DNA of 64,000 nt, taken from positions 864,001 to 928,000 of the forward strand of contig CBDCYI010000011.1 in the NCBI GenBank assembly GCA_965224085.1. Reading direction: 5' to 3'. Of the stretch, positions 20,231 through 29,624 are shown in pieces. The notes beneath the pieces were generated by a model. It was given only the letters and a program-made list of their open reading frames with translations. It was not told the origin of the DNA and did no database searches. The translations under genes were made by a program, and so were the position numbers. Each line of letters starts with the position of its first letter. Positions within the stretch are counted from its first letter, which is position 1. Source of the stretch: Candidatus Marinacidobacterales bacterium (GTDB lineage: Bacteria; Acidobacteriota; Vicinamibacteria; Marinacidobacterales; SMYC01).

Positions 20231-20944
20231 ATGACGGAGCTCGATTTCGAGACGACGGTGGCCGCGATCCAGCGTGCGGCCATCGAGCAAGATCGCGAAA
20301 CGTTGTCAAGTTCGCGCGAAATCTTGGCCGAAGCTATCGAAGCCGCCGCCGCCGCGAACCAGCCGGCGCTTCGCTACGCGCACGCCTTTGCGAGCTGGCA
20401 ACTCGCGGCGGGCGAGCCGCGTGGCTCCAAAACGTACAAGGGCTATCTCAAAGATGCCGAGGAGCAGCTCGAGCGCGACTTGAAGCAGAACCCAAACGAC
20501 GCCGAAGCCCAAGCGCTCTATGGCACGGTGAATGGCTGGCTCGTGACGGGGATGTGGAGCGGCCTTCGGCGCGGGCCGCGTGCGGACAAGGCTTACAAAA
20601 AAGCTCGCGAGCTCGCGCCCGAGAATCCGCGCGTCGCGATGCATCAAGGTGTGAGCCGCTTGTTCCGCCCGGAGATGTTCGGCGGCGGGCTCGATAAAGC
20701 CGAAGCCGAGCTCACCGAAGCGCTTGAGTTGTTCGAAAAAGAGCCTGCCGAGAAGGAGTGGCCCAATGGCGGGCATGCCGAGAACTTCGGGTGGATGGGA
20801 CAAGTGATGTTCCGTAAAGGAGAAATGGACAAAGCGCGCGCATATTACGAGCAAGCGCTCGAGCTCGAGCCCGACTACCACTGGGTTTTGGAGGTGTTGA
20901 TCCCTGAGCTCGAGGCGGCGACGACCCAAGGTCGAGGCCGTTGA
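20231..20944 (+). CDS. TPR-repeat protein
   Basis: NPNDAEAQALYG, KARELAPENPR, KARAYYEQALELEPDY. Confidence 0.8.
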   Translation: MTELDFETTVAAIQRAAIEQDRETLSSSREILAEAIEAAAAANQPALRYAHAFASWQLAAGEPRGSKTYKGYLKDAEEQLERDLKQNPNDAEAQALYGTVNGWLVTGMWSGLRRGPRADKAYKKARELAPENPRVAMHQGVSRLFRPEMFGGGLDKAEAELTEALELFEKEPAEKEWPNGGHAENFGWMGQVMFRKGEMDKARAYYEQALELEPDYHWVLEVLIPELEAATTQGRGR

Positions 20945-20954
20945 GCGATTCCTG

Positions 20955-20983
20955 TTGACAAAAAATGCGATCTGGGCCATCGT
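20955..20983 (+). promoter_or_regulatory. sigma70-type promoter upstream of the structured RNA
   Basis: TTGACA-N17-CATCGT. Confidence 0.55.
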
Positions 20984-20989
20984 GAGGTC

Positions 20990-21280
20990 AGTTCTACTCC
21001 GCGCGCCTCATAGGTAGGCGTGTGGCGGCTCCGTGGCGGGTTGTGGGCGGCCCCGAGAGCTGGACGGGCGGGCCCCGTCAATCGTTGGAACGTCCGGAAA
21101 GGGGGTGGTCCAGTGAGTAGTACTACAGTTTCCGTGGAGGTGGCGTCCCCTTAGGTGGAGCAGCACTCTTCGTGCGTAGCGAGGGTGCGTCCCCCAAGTA
21201 GATCTTGGAGGGGAAGCCCACGCCACCAAAGCGAAGCTACCGAGCCCCGGTTTCGCGGATGCGAAGCCGGGGCTCTTGCT
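20990..21280 (+). ncRNA. Candidate structured RNA with a 16S-3'-end-complementary segment and a short ORF
   Basis: Closing stems GGTAG/CTACC and GTGGC..GTGGGC/GCCCACGCCAC; hairpins at 21063-21079, 21163-21188 and 21190-21214; bounded by a promoter and a terminator. Confidence 0.6.
21113..21154 (+). CDS. Putative 13-aa peptide MSSTTVSVEVASP
   Basis: GTG...TAG directly after the extended SD GGAAAGGGGGTGGTCC. Confidence 0.4.
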   Translation: MSSTTVSVEVASP

Positions 21281-21284
21281 ATTT
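21242..21284 (+). terminator. Intrinsic terminator
   Basis: GAGCCCCGGTTTCGC-GGAT-GCGAAGCCGGGGCTC then TTGCTATTT. Confidence 0.7.
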
Positions 21285-21305
21285 GGGTGTAGTAGGATCG
21301 GGGGC

Positions 21306-21833
21306 ATGAATTTTCTCGAAGGTTTTTCCAAGATCACAAGAACCGACGCGTTCGTGAACTCGGGCGTCGGACTCGAGCAGGAGCTCGACCCGTCCAAAAT
21401 CGATTTCGCCGTTGTCGGCGACAGCTTCCAGGACTTCTTCCGTCAAGGCGTTCGGATCAGCCCCACGCTTCTTACGATGCCGAAAGGCTGCGTGCAGCAA
21501 GGGCCGCATTGCCATCCGGGCGGCGAGTTCAGCTACGTCGTCGAAGGCGAATATTTCGACGGCGACATGGAGGGCGGCGTGATCCACGCGTATCCGGCTG
21601 GCTCGATCGTTTTCTACAGCCAAGGCTCCACACACCGGCCCCTGTCCAAGGAAGGCGCGCGCATCCTCTACATCCCGTTCGACGGAATCATCTTCGGCAA
21701 GGACCCGGAAGACCTCGCGCGCAAGATGGTCAAAGTCGGTACTGGTGAGGAAGCCGTCGAGTACGCGCTCCAGTGGATGGTGCCGGATGCCGGCGAGCGA
21801 CAAGAGCTTGCTGACGTCGTTTTGCGTTCGTAA
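21306..21833 (+). CDS. Cupin-domain protein
   Basis: PHCHPGGEFSYVVEG and YPAGSIVFYSQGSTH cupin motifs. Confidence 0.8.
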   Translation: MNFLEGFSKITRTDAFVNSGVGLEQELDPSKIDFAVVGDSFQDFFRQGVRISPTLLTMPKGCVQQGPHCHPGGEFSYVVEGEYFDGDMEGGVIHAYPAGSIVFYSQGSTHRPLSKEGARILYIPFDGIIFGKDPEDLARKMVKVGTGEEAVEYALQWMVPDAGERQELADVVLRS

Positions 21834-21843
21834 AAACGGTCTT

Positions 21844-23100
21844 TCAGCTTCCGATACAGATCAGCTCGCCTTCCGTCCTGAAGTACCAGCGTCCGTCCAC
21901 AAGTGCGGGCGAGGCGAGGGTGCGTGCGCCAAAGCGGTTCACGTGGAGAAGCTCGAACTCCGGACCCGCTTTGAGAACGAAAGTCTCACCCTCGTCGTTC
22001 GTGAAGAAGACCTTCCCATCGACCGCGACGGGCGAGGCTGAGAAGCCTTCTTTCGGCGCGTTTCCCAGTCTGCCCTGAAACAGCACTTTGCCCGTCTCGG
22101 CTTCGAAGCTGGTGACGATCGACTGCATGTCGTTGATCGTATAGAGCTGCCCGTCGACGATGATGGCCGAAGGAACGAAAGGCGCCCCCTTCGGACTCTT
22201 CCAGACGACGTGTGTGCCGGTGACGTCGCCGCTTCCGCCCGGACGGATCGCGAGCGTCGGACCAGCCCTTCCCGAAGACGCGAAGACGAGATCGTGCCCG
22301 ACGACCGGAGTAGGGATGACTTCGAACTTGTTGCCCGTGACGGTCCATAGCGCGCTGCCGCTGTTTGGGTTATAGGCGGTCACATTGCCTTGGCTCGAGA
22401 CAATGAGCTCATCCCGCCCGTCTGCTTGAATCACGACCGGCGTTCCCCAGCCGGTTCGCGTTTCGCGCTCGGTGCGCCAAACCCGTTCACCGCTTTTTTT
22501 GTCGAAAGCCGCGACGAAGGACTGCCCCTGGTGATCCTGGTACAGGATGACTTTGTCTTTGTAGAAAATTGGAGAGCCGGCCGACCCGTGATAGTTGTCG
22601 AGGGTCCCAACTTTGCTTTGCCACACGATCTTGCCGTCGAAATCCATCGCGACGAGTCCGTGGGTGCCAAAAGAAGCGTAGATCAACTGTCCATCGGTAA
22701 TCGGCGTCGCCGAGGCATGGCCGTTTTTGCCGTGGCCTCTCTCGACGCCTTTTTGCGCCGCGGCGGTCTTCCATAGCAGCTTTCCGCCTGAGCGGTCGTA
22801 GCTCAGAATCGACAGGCGACGCCCGCCGTCTTCGGCCGTCGTCAGAAAGAGTCGATCGTCCCAGACGATCGGCGAGGAGTTGCCCGCACCGGGGACGGCG
22901 ACTTTCCACACCACGTTCTCGGAATCCGACCAGCGATCCGGATAACCGGAGCCCACCACGTAGCCTTGGCCCGACGGCCCGCGCCAGCTAGGCCAGTAAC
23001 GCGCGCCCTCGCCCTCGACCGTAATCATGCTTACTTTGTCTTTGCCGAAACCGGCAGTGGCGATGAGCAAAAGGGTTGCGACCAAAGTTCTCTTCGACAT
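21844..23100 (-). CDS. Secreted PQQ-like beta-propeller repeat protein
   Basis: Signal peptide, WPSWRGP, repeated SSP/ASP and GKxxW motifs. Confidence 0.88.
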   Translation of the reverse strand: MSKRTLVATLLLIATAGFGKDKVSMITVEGEGARYWPSWRGPSGQGYVVGSGYPDRWSDSENVVWKVAVPGAGNSSPIVWDDRLFLTTAEDGGRRLSILSYDRSGGKLLWKTAAAQKGVERGHGKNGHASATPITDGQLIYASFGTHGLVAMDFDGKIVWQSKVGTLDNYHGSAGSPIFYKDKVILYQDHQGQSFVAAFDKKSGERVWRTERETRTGWGTPVVIQADGRDELIVSSQGNVTAYNPNSGSALWTVTGNKFEVIPTPVVGHDLVFASSGRAGPTLAIRPGGSGDVTGTHVVWKSPKGAPFVPSAIIVDGQLYTINDMQSIVTSFEAETGKVLFQGRLGNAPKEGFSASPVAVDGKVFFTNDEGETFVLKAGPEFELLHVNRFGARTLASPALVDGRWYFRTEGELICIGS

Positions 23101-23135
23101 CGTTGTACTCCTCACGATGAATATTAGGCTGCGGG

Positions 23136-23830
23136 CTAGCGGCTCGCAAGAGCTTCTTGCGCTTCGCGCGTGACGTTCTGAAGCGTTCTAAGGTAGCCGT
23201 CGAACTCCGTCGAAAGCTCGTCGAAGACCTCGTAGTGCGCGCGGTTCGGCCGCCCATCCGCGCGCTGAATATTGAACAGGAGGCCCGCTAGCCGGTCGTT
23301 GAGATGGATCGGGAAGCGATCTTGTCCTTGGGGCTCTGGTTCTTGATCTGGTAGAGCTTCGCTTCGACGGCCGTCAAACGCTCGGCGATCGATGGGGGTG
23401 CCCCAGATGCGTGCAGCCTTAATTTGAGCGCCCGTATCGCGATCACGGCTTCGTTCGCTTCGCTCGTACGATCGCGGACGTGGCTTGCCAGGCGAAACTG
23501 TTCTTCGAGATCAGCGAGCGAAACGCGCTCGAGCCGCGGGTCTTTGAGGATCTCGAACGTTTCCGTGGTCGTGTGGCGGGACGTCTTCACCCGTGCGCGA
23601 TACGTGCCTGGAGGCGCCCAAGGGCCGCGGCGCGGGCTCGGGCTTTCGAGCACCATCCCGTCGAACACGGTGGCGCCGGGGTAGCGCAGACCCCACCGCA
23701 GCCGATTCAAGCCCGTCTCGAGTCCGTCGATCGACAAGCGACGCACGAGCTCGCCTCTAGCATCCAGAATCTCGACGGCATCCACGCTCTCCGAAGACTC
23801 GAGATAGATGAGCAGGTTCTGTGTTCCCGA
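23136..23830 (-). pseudogene. C-terminal remnant of a BNR/VPS10-type glycosyl-hydrolase-like protein
   Basis: EILDARGELVRR, GLNRLRWGLRYPG, APPGTYRAR, DPR, DLEEQF; frameshift near 23310. Confidence 0.6.
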
Positions 23831-24543
23831 GTCGCGAACGATGAGGTGGCCGCTCGAGACGTAGCGCGCGCTCGTGTAGCCCTCGAGCACCGTGCGCACC
23901 GTGCCCGTTTCGAGTGAAACCACGACCACGCGATCCTGATTTCGCCGAGCCAAAGAGACGAGCACGTCCTTGTTACCCGGCAGCACCTGTGGCCAGTAAA
24001 AAAAGCTATGTGGCTCCGTTTTGCCGATGGGCTCGGGCACACCCCATCTTCGGAGACGCGGGATAGTTGCGGGCCGCCGACAACGATCGTTCCGTCCGAC
24101 GCCCAACTCCCACCGTTCCCACCGCCATCGAGAATCCTCGTAGGCGCGCCCCCGGCGAGGGCTACCTTTTGCAGTCCGCGACCCGGGTCCCAATACACGA
24201 CGGATTGGCCGTCCGGCGAAAAAAAAGGCATCGTCCCACCTTCCGTGCCCGGAATTGCGACGGCCTCGAAAACTCCCACCCGGCGTAGGTAAAGCTGCGA
24301 AGCCAACTCGCTTCCCTGGGAATAGACGATGTTTCGGCCGTCCGGAGAGATGTCGAAGGACGCCAGAATTCCGTAGCCCTGGCCGCCGCTCATGAGTTGG
24401 TGTCCTACCGGAAGCGACACGGACAACCTCGTCGTGTCGGCGGTACCCGAACCCCTGAACAGCACACCGGCGCTCACAGCAGCCAGTAAAGCCAAAGTCC
24501 AAAGGAAACGCTCACCGATTCTGGATGCCGGCGCCATCGGCAA
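23830..24543 (-). pseudogene. Remnant of the TolB/PD40-like propeller typical of membrane Ser/Thr kinases
   Basis: ISPDGRNIVY, IPGTEGGTMPFFSPDGQ, WPQVLPG; frameshifted, no kinase domain. Confidence 0.65.
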
Positions 24544-24692
24544 GGAATATTCGGATGGTTGAGGCTCGAGACTGCGCGCGCCTCCTGCTCGAAACGCGGA
24601 AAGCCTAGGGACGGTGGTGTCGGTGGTGTAGGTGCCGGCCTTTTATCCTGGGGAACCAGATGTCGCCAGCCTCTCGACGACGGCGCGGGTCC

Positions 24693-26468
24693 CTACTGCG
24701 CCCATCGTTCCCAGCCGATTCGGTGAACGAGCTTGTGCACGCAGACGCAGCAGAAACCGGCGCCGCCGAGTGCGAGAAGCCCTCGGCTCGTTTCGCCGAA
24801 GAGGATGAGCCCAAGCCCTGGGATCGTCAGATAGACGACGGCCGTCGCGACAAAGGCAGCGACGAACGACATCACGACGTGCTGGTCGACGTCCACACCA
24901 GGATTCCGCGCCGCGACCGGCTTCCACCCCGCGCCACCCGGCCAAATTTTCTCGTAAAACCCGTCCAGCGTGCCGTCTTTCTCGGGCTTGGTAAGGAACG
25001 TGACGAGAAGCCACGTCGGGATCGTGAGCGCTGCTACGATCGCGAGCCGGTGCTCGTTCGACTCGACGTAGCGGCTCACGATAATGAAATAGATGAGAGA
25101 AGCGATCATCGCGCTGATCTCGGACCACGCGTTCACGCGCCACCAGAACCACCGCAGCATGAACACCGCGCCCGTGCCGGCGCCGAGGGCCGCGAGGAAC
25201 TTCCACGCTTCGTCGACGGCAATCCCGCGCATGAGCCAGGATGAGCCGGTGCAGACGACGATGACCCCGATCGTCGCCAAGCGTGAAACGCGCGTGAGGT
25301 GCTTCTCGTCCGCGTCGGGCTTCAAGAACCTCCTGTAGAAATCTCCGACGAGATACGACGCGGCCCAATTGATTTGCGTGCTGATCGTGGACATGAACGC
25401 CGCGAAGAACGTGACGAGCATGATGCCGCGGAGCCCGGCCGGCGCTAGGTCGCGGATCAGCATGGGATAGCCGACCCCGGGATCCTCGAGTTCACGAAGG
25501 TTGGGATAAACCGCGAGCGCCGTGAGCGCGACGAGAAGCCACGGCCACGGTCGCAAACAATAGTGCGCGAGTTGAAACCACAGGGTCGCGAGCAGCGCGT
25601 CCCGCTCGCTCCGGCACGATGCCATGCGCTGGACTGTCGAGCCGCCGCCACCGGGCTCCGAGCCGGGATACCAAGACGCCCACCATTGAACGAAGAGCGT
25701 GATCAGAAAAATGTTGAGGGGCATCCACGGATCGGCGGCAGAGAAGTCGGGTAGGAAGCGCAGGATTTGCTCGCCGCCTTCGTAGTTCGTCGCCAAGCGC
25801 TCGCGCAACGCGTCGAGCCCGCCGACGTGGCGTACGCAATAGACCGCGAACACGATGAAGCCTGCCATGGCGACGATGAACTGGAGGAAGTCTGTGATGA
25901 CGACGCCCCAAAGCCCCGAGAGCGTGCTGTAGAGGCCGACGATCGCGAAGAGCGCGAGGATGATGAGCCAGTCGCTTGCACCCGTTGCGGTCTGTGTCCC
26001 CGAGAACACGGTGAACTTGAGCACGTTGAGCATGGCGGCTGTGACCCAACCGACGATGATCGGGTTCACGAGAAACGCGATATAGATCGATCGGAAGCCG
26101 CGGAGAAAAGCGGCGGGCTTACCTCCGTAGCGAAGCTCGACGAGCTCGACATCGGTCATGACCCCGGCGCGGCGCCAGAGCCGCGCGTAGACGAAAACGA
26201 TCACCATACCGCCGAGCGCGAAAGACCACCAGAACCAATTACCTGCGATCCCGTGGCGTGCCACGAGGCCGGTGACCGCGAGCGGAGTGTCCGCGGCAAA
26301 TGAAGTCGCGACCATGGACGTACCGGCAATCCACCACGGGAGGGTACGTCCGGAGAGAAAAAATTCGGCGAGGCTCGACCCAGCCCGCTTGCGGAAGGCG
26401 AGACCGACCCCCAGCGCAATGGCGAAATAGGCGACGATGATAATCCAGTCGATGGTGGCGAGAGTCAT
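24693..26468 (-). CDS. Sodium:solute symporter family protein
   Basis: FFLSGRTLPWW, SMVATSFAADTPL, AAFMSTI; many TM helices. Confidence 0.92.
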   Translation of the reverse strand: MTLATIDWIIIVAYFAIALGVGLAFRKRAGSSLAEFFLSGRTLPWWIAGTSMVATSFAADTPLAVTGLVARHGIAGNWFWWSFALGGMVIVFVYARLWRRAGVMTDVELVELRYGGKPAAFLRGFRSIYIAFLVNPIIVGWVTAAMLNVLKFTVFSGTQTATGASDWLIILALFAIVGLYSTLSGLWGVVITDFLQFIVAMAGFIVFAVYCVRHVGGLDALRERLATNYEGGEQILRFLPDFSAADPWMPLNIFLITLFVQWWASWYPGSEPGGGGSTVQRMASCRSERDALLATLWFQLAHYCLRPWPWLLVALTALAVYPNLRELEDPGVGYPMLIRDLAPAGLRGIMLVTFFAAFMSTISTQINWAASYLVGDFYRRFLKPDADEKHLTRVSRLATIGVIVVCTGSSWLMRGIAVDEAWKFLAALGAGTGAVFMLRWFWWRVNAWSEISAMIASLIYFIIVSRYVESNEHRLAIVAALTIPTWLLVTFLTKPEKDGTLDGFYEKIWPGGAGWKPVAARNPGVDVDQHVVMSFVAAFVATAVVYLTIPGLGLILFGETSRGLLALGGAGFCCVCVHKLVHRIGWERWAQ

Positions 26469-26514
26469 GGCCAGCGGGCGGATGCTACCATAGGCAAGAT
26501 AGCGGGTCGTGGGG

Positions 26515-26925
26515 CTAGCTTTTGAACGGGTTCCTGACGACGACGCCGTCGTAGTCCTGCCCGTCGCTCAAGTCTTCGGAAACAACCTCCCCACATCGGA
26601 GTGAGCGCGCAGCCTCGATGATTGCCGCGTCCCAGTATGAGATTTGGAAGCGTGCTTTTGTCTCGAGACCGGCCGCCACGATCGCCAAAGTTGTCTCTTG
26701 AACCGGGAAGCGGAGGAACGCTTCGATAAGACCGACCGCGTCCTCGCGCTGCAATGCGTTTCGTTTCGTGGTGCGCGTGGCTTGAACGTAGAATTCCTCG
26801 ATGACTTGTACGGATAGCGCGAGATCGTTGGCGTCCAGGATTTCGCGTGCGATCCGCGCTTTTTTCTGCTCGTTGCGAGCCGTGCTCACCGCATAGAGCA
26901 AAACGTTGGTATCAACGAAGCGCAT
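26515..26925 (-). CDS. vapC: PIN-domain toxin (VapC-like)
   Basis: FVDTNVLLYA, ISYWDAAIIEAA, SEDL. Confidence 0.9.
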   Translation of the reverse strand: MRFVDTNVLLYAVSTARNEQKKARIAREILDANDLALSVQVIEEFYVQATRTTKRNALQREDAVGLIEAFLRFPVQETTLAIVAAGLETKARFQISYWDAAIIEAARSLRCGEVVSEDLSDGQDYDGVVVRNPFKS

Positions 26926-27154
26926 TGCGTTCGTGGATCTTGTCGCGGCTCTCGCGATCACCGGCTCTGAAGGATGTGATCTTGGCGAGGATTTTGGATT
27001 GGAGTTTTTTTCGTCGCTCGAAATCAGAGGTGTCAGAGCCGAGCTCGATTAGGAACTCGCGCACGAGAGCGCTGACCGATGTATCGCGTTCAGCGGCCTT
27101 CACCCGGGCGCGGCGATAGATGTCCTTTGGAACCGCGACGGTTGTATTTTTCAC
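26912..27154 (-). CDS. Cognate RHH antitoxin (VapB-like)
   Basis: MKNTTVAVPKDIYRRARVKAAERDTSVSALVREFL; overlaps the toxin start. Confidence 0.85.
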   Translation of the reverse strand: MKNTTVAVPKDIYRRARVKAAERDTSVSALVREFLIELGSDTSDFERRKKLQSKILAKITSFRAGDRESRDKIHERNALR

Positions 27155-27230
27155 ATATTCACGTTAACACAGGATCACAGCTACACAACATCTCGGTCGA
27201 CGGCAGCCTAGTGCTACCATAGGCGCCGTT

Positions 27231-28694
27231 ATGGATTTCGATTTGGTGATACGTGACGGCAACGCCGTCACAGCGACGGAAGAAGTGTTCTGCGATATCG
27301 GTATCAAGGGCGGCACAATTGCCGCGATCGGGAAGAAGCTCCCCAAGGGCGAGAGCGAGATCGATGCGGACGGGAACTACGTCTTTCCCGGAGGGATCGA
27401 CAGCCACACCCACATCGAGCAGCTCTCCTCTTCCGGCATCATGTGCGCCGACGATTTCTACACCGGGACCGTTTCTGCGGCACACGGCGGCACGACGACC
27501 ATTCTGTCCTTTGCGGCGCAGCACAAAGGCGACTCGCTGCGCGACGTCGTTTCGGATTATCACTTGAAGGCCAAAGAGAAAGCCGTTATCGACTACGGCT
27601 TCCATCTCATCATCTCGGACCCGAGCGAGTCGGTGATGCGGGACGAGCTGCCCGAGCTCATCCGAAACGGCTATACGTCGTTCAAAGTCTACATGACCTA
27701 TGACGCGCTCCGGCTCGACGACTTTCAGATGCTCGACGTCTTCCACCTTGCGCGGCGCGAAGGCGCTCTCACGATGATCCACGCCGAGAATCACGACCTC
27801 ATTCGATGGGTCACGAAGCGGCTTCTCGACCTCGGCGCGCACGCGCCGAAGTTTCACGCCGTAAGCCATCCGCGCCTCGCGGAAGGGGAGGCAACATCGC
27901 GCGCGATCTCGCTCGCAGAGTTTCTCGACACCCCGTGCCTCATCGTGCATGTTTCTGCCGAAGACGGCATGGCGGCGATCCAGCGGGCGCAGCGACGCGG
28001 GCTCAAAGTCTTCGCCGAAACTTGTCCCCAATATCTTTTTCTCACGGCAGAGGACCTCGACCAGCCGGGCATGGCGGGTGCGATGTGTTGTTGCAGCCCG
28101 CCGCCCCGGGACGAAGCGTCACAAGATGCTATCTGGCGCGGTCTCGCGAACGGCACGTTTCAAGTCTTCTCTTCGGATCACGCACCCTATCGTTTTGACG
28201 AGACCGGCAAGCTCTCGCAAGGCGAGGACGCACCGTTCAACAAGATTGCGAACGGCGTGCCGGGCCTCGAAGTGCGGATGCCGCTCCTGTTCTCGGAAGG
28301 CGTCGTGAAAAAGCGGATCGACCTCCATCAATTTGTCGAGCTCACGTCGACGCGTGCGGCCAAGCTCTATGGCATGTTTCCGCGCAAAGGCAGCATCTCA
28401 GTTGGTGCGGACGCGGATCTCGTCATCTGGGATGGGCAGAAAGAGGTCACCATCGCTTGGGAGAACCTTCATGACAATGTCGGCTACACGCCCTACGAAG
28501 GTCGCAAGGTGACGGGGTGGCCCGTGGCGGTGCTCAGCCGGGGCCGCGTTGTGGTGGACGCTGGCGAGCTCCAAGCCGAAAAAGGCAGTGGTCTGTTCAT
28601 CCCTCGGGAGAAGCCGAGCTCGGCTGAGCCGCTAGGGCGCGGCTCGTACGAAGCGGGTCTCCGGGCGCGCTACGGTTTTGGTGAGGCATGGTAA
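27231..28694 (+). CDS. hydA: Dihydropyrimidinase / D-hydantoinase
   Basis: PGGIDSHTH, GGTTT, SFKVYMTY, HAEN, ETCPQYL, SSDHAPY. Confidence 0.92.
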   Translation: MDFDLVIRDGNAVTATEEVFCDIGIKGGTIAAIGKKLPKGESEIDADGNYVFPGGIDSHTHIEQLSSSGIMCADDFYTGTVSAAHGGTTTILSFAAQHKGDSLRDVVSDYHLKAKEKAVIDYGFHLIISDPSESVMRDELPELIRNGYTSFKVYMTYDALRLDDFQMLDVFHLARREGALTMIHAENHDLIRWVTKRLLDLGAHAPKFHAVSHPRLAEGEATSRAISLAEFLDTPCLIVHVSAEDGMAAIQRAQRRGLKVFAETCPQYLFLTAEDLDQPGMAGAMCCCSPPPRDEASQDAIWRGLANGTFQVFSSDHAPYRFDETGKLSQGEDAPFNKIANGVPGLEVRMPLLFSEGVVKKRIDLHQFVELTSTRAAKLYGMFPRKGSISVGADADLVIWDGQKEVTIAWENLHDNVGYTPYEGRKVTGWPVAVLSRGRVVVDAGELQAEKGSGLFIPREKPSSAEPLGRGSYEAGLRARYGFGEAW

Positions 28695-29620
28695 TGGCGC
28701 GCCACCTGAGGGTCGCCGCCGCGCAGCTCGGGCCGATCCATCTTGCTGATAGCCGCGAATCGGTCGTGGTCCGCTTGATCGATCTTCTTCGTAGAGCCCA
28801 TCGATCGGGTTGCGGCTTCGTCGTCTTCCCCGAGCTCGCGCTCACGACGTTCTTCCCGCGCTATTACATGGAAAACCGAGAAGACGTCGACGCCTATTTC
28901 GAAAAAGAGATGCCGGGCCCGGAGACGGCGCCTCTTTTCGAAGAAGCGAAAAGGCTCCGTGTCGGCTTTCATCTCGGCTACGCGGAGCTCGACGGCGAGC
29001 ATCACTTCAACGCTGCGATTCTCGTCGACGCGAATGGCTCGGTCGTCGGGAAATACCGTAAAATCCATCTTCCGGGACACGCCGATCACCGGCCGCACGC
29101 GCCCTTCCAGCATCTGGAGAAGCGCTACTTCGAGGTCGGCGATCTCGGCTTTCCCGTTTGGCGTGCCTTCGACGGCATCGTCGGCATGTGCATCTGTAAC
29201 GACCGGCGCTGGCCGGAGACGTTCCGTGTGATGGGACTTCAAGGCGTCGAGATGGTCGTGCTCGGTTACAACACGCCGACCGAAAACATCTATCACAGCG
29301 AGCCCGTCCATCGGCGCATGTTCCATCACCTTTTGTCGCTTCAAGCCGGTGCCTATCAGAACGGCACGTGGGTGGTCGCCGCGGCGAAGGCGGGGAAGGA
29401 AGACGGCTACGGGCTCATTGGAGGCTCCGCCATCGTGGCGCCTACCGGGGAGATCGTCGCGCAAGCGATCACGGAAGAAGACGAGCTCATCGCCCATGAC
29501 TGTGATCTCGATGTCGGGCGCGACATCAAAGAGAACATCTTCAACTTCGACAAGCACCGCCGCATCGAGCATTACGCAATCATCACGAGCCAGACTGGTG
29601 TTGTCCCTCCGCCGGAGTAA
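28688..29620 (+). CDS. N-carbamoyl-D-amino-acid hydrolase (nitrilase superfamily)
   Basis: FPELALTTFFPR, YRKIHLPGH, QHLEKRYF, CICNDRRWPE, GYNTP. Confidence 0.9.
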   Translation: MVMARHLRVAAAQLGPIHLADSRESVVVRLIDLLRRAHRSGCGFVVFPELALTTFFPRYYMENREDVDAYFEKEMPGPETAPLFEEAKRLRVGFHLGYAELDGEHHFNAAILVDANGSVVGKYRKIHLPGHADHRPHAPFQHLEKRYFEVGDLGFPVWRAFDGIVGMCICNDRRWPETFRVMGLQGVEMVVLGYNTPTENIYHSEPVHRRMFHHLLSLQAGAYQNGTWVVAAAKAGKEDGYGLIGGSAIVAPTGEIVAQAITEEDELIAHDCDLDVGRDIKENIFNFDKHRRIEHYAIITSQTGVVPPPE

Positions 29621-29624
29621 AGGT

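Noticed and set aside
20990-21280. RNase P, tmRNA or 16S rRNA fragment
   Set aside because: No GAGGAAAGTCC, no tRNA-like ends, and complementarity to 16S stops after 18 nt
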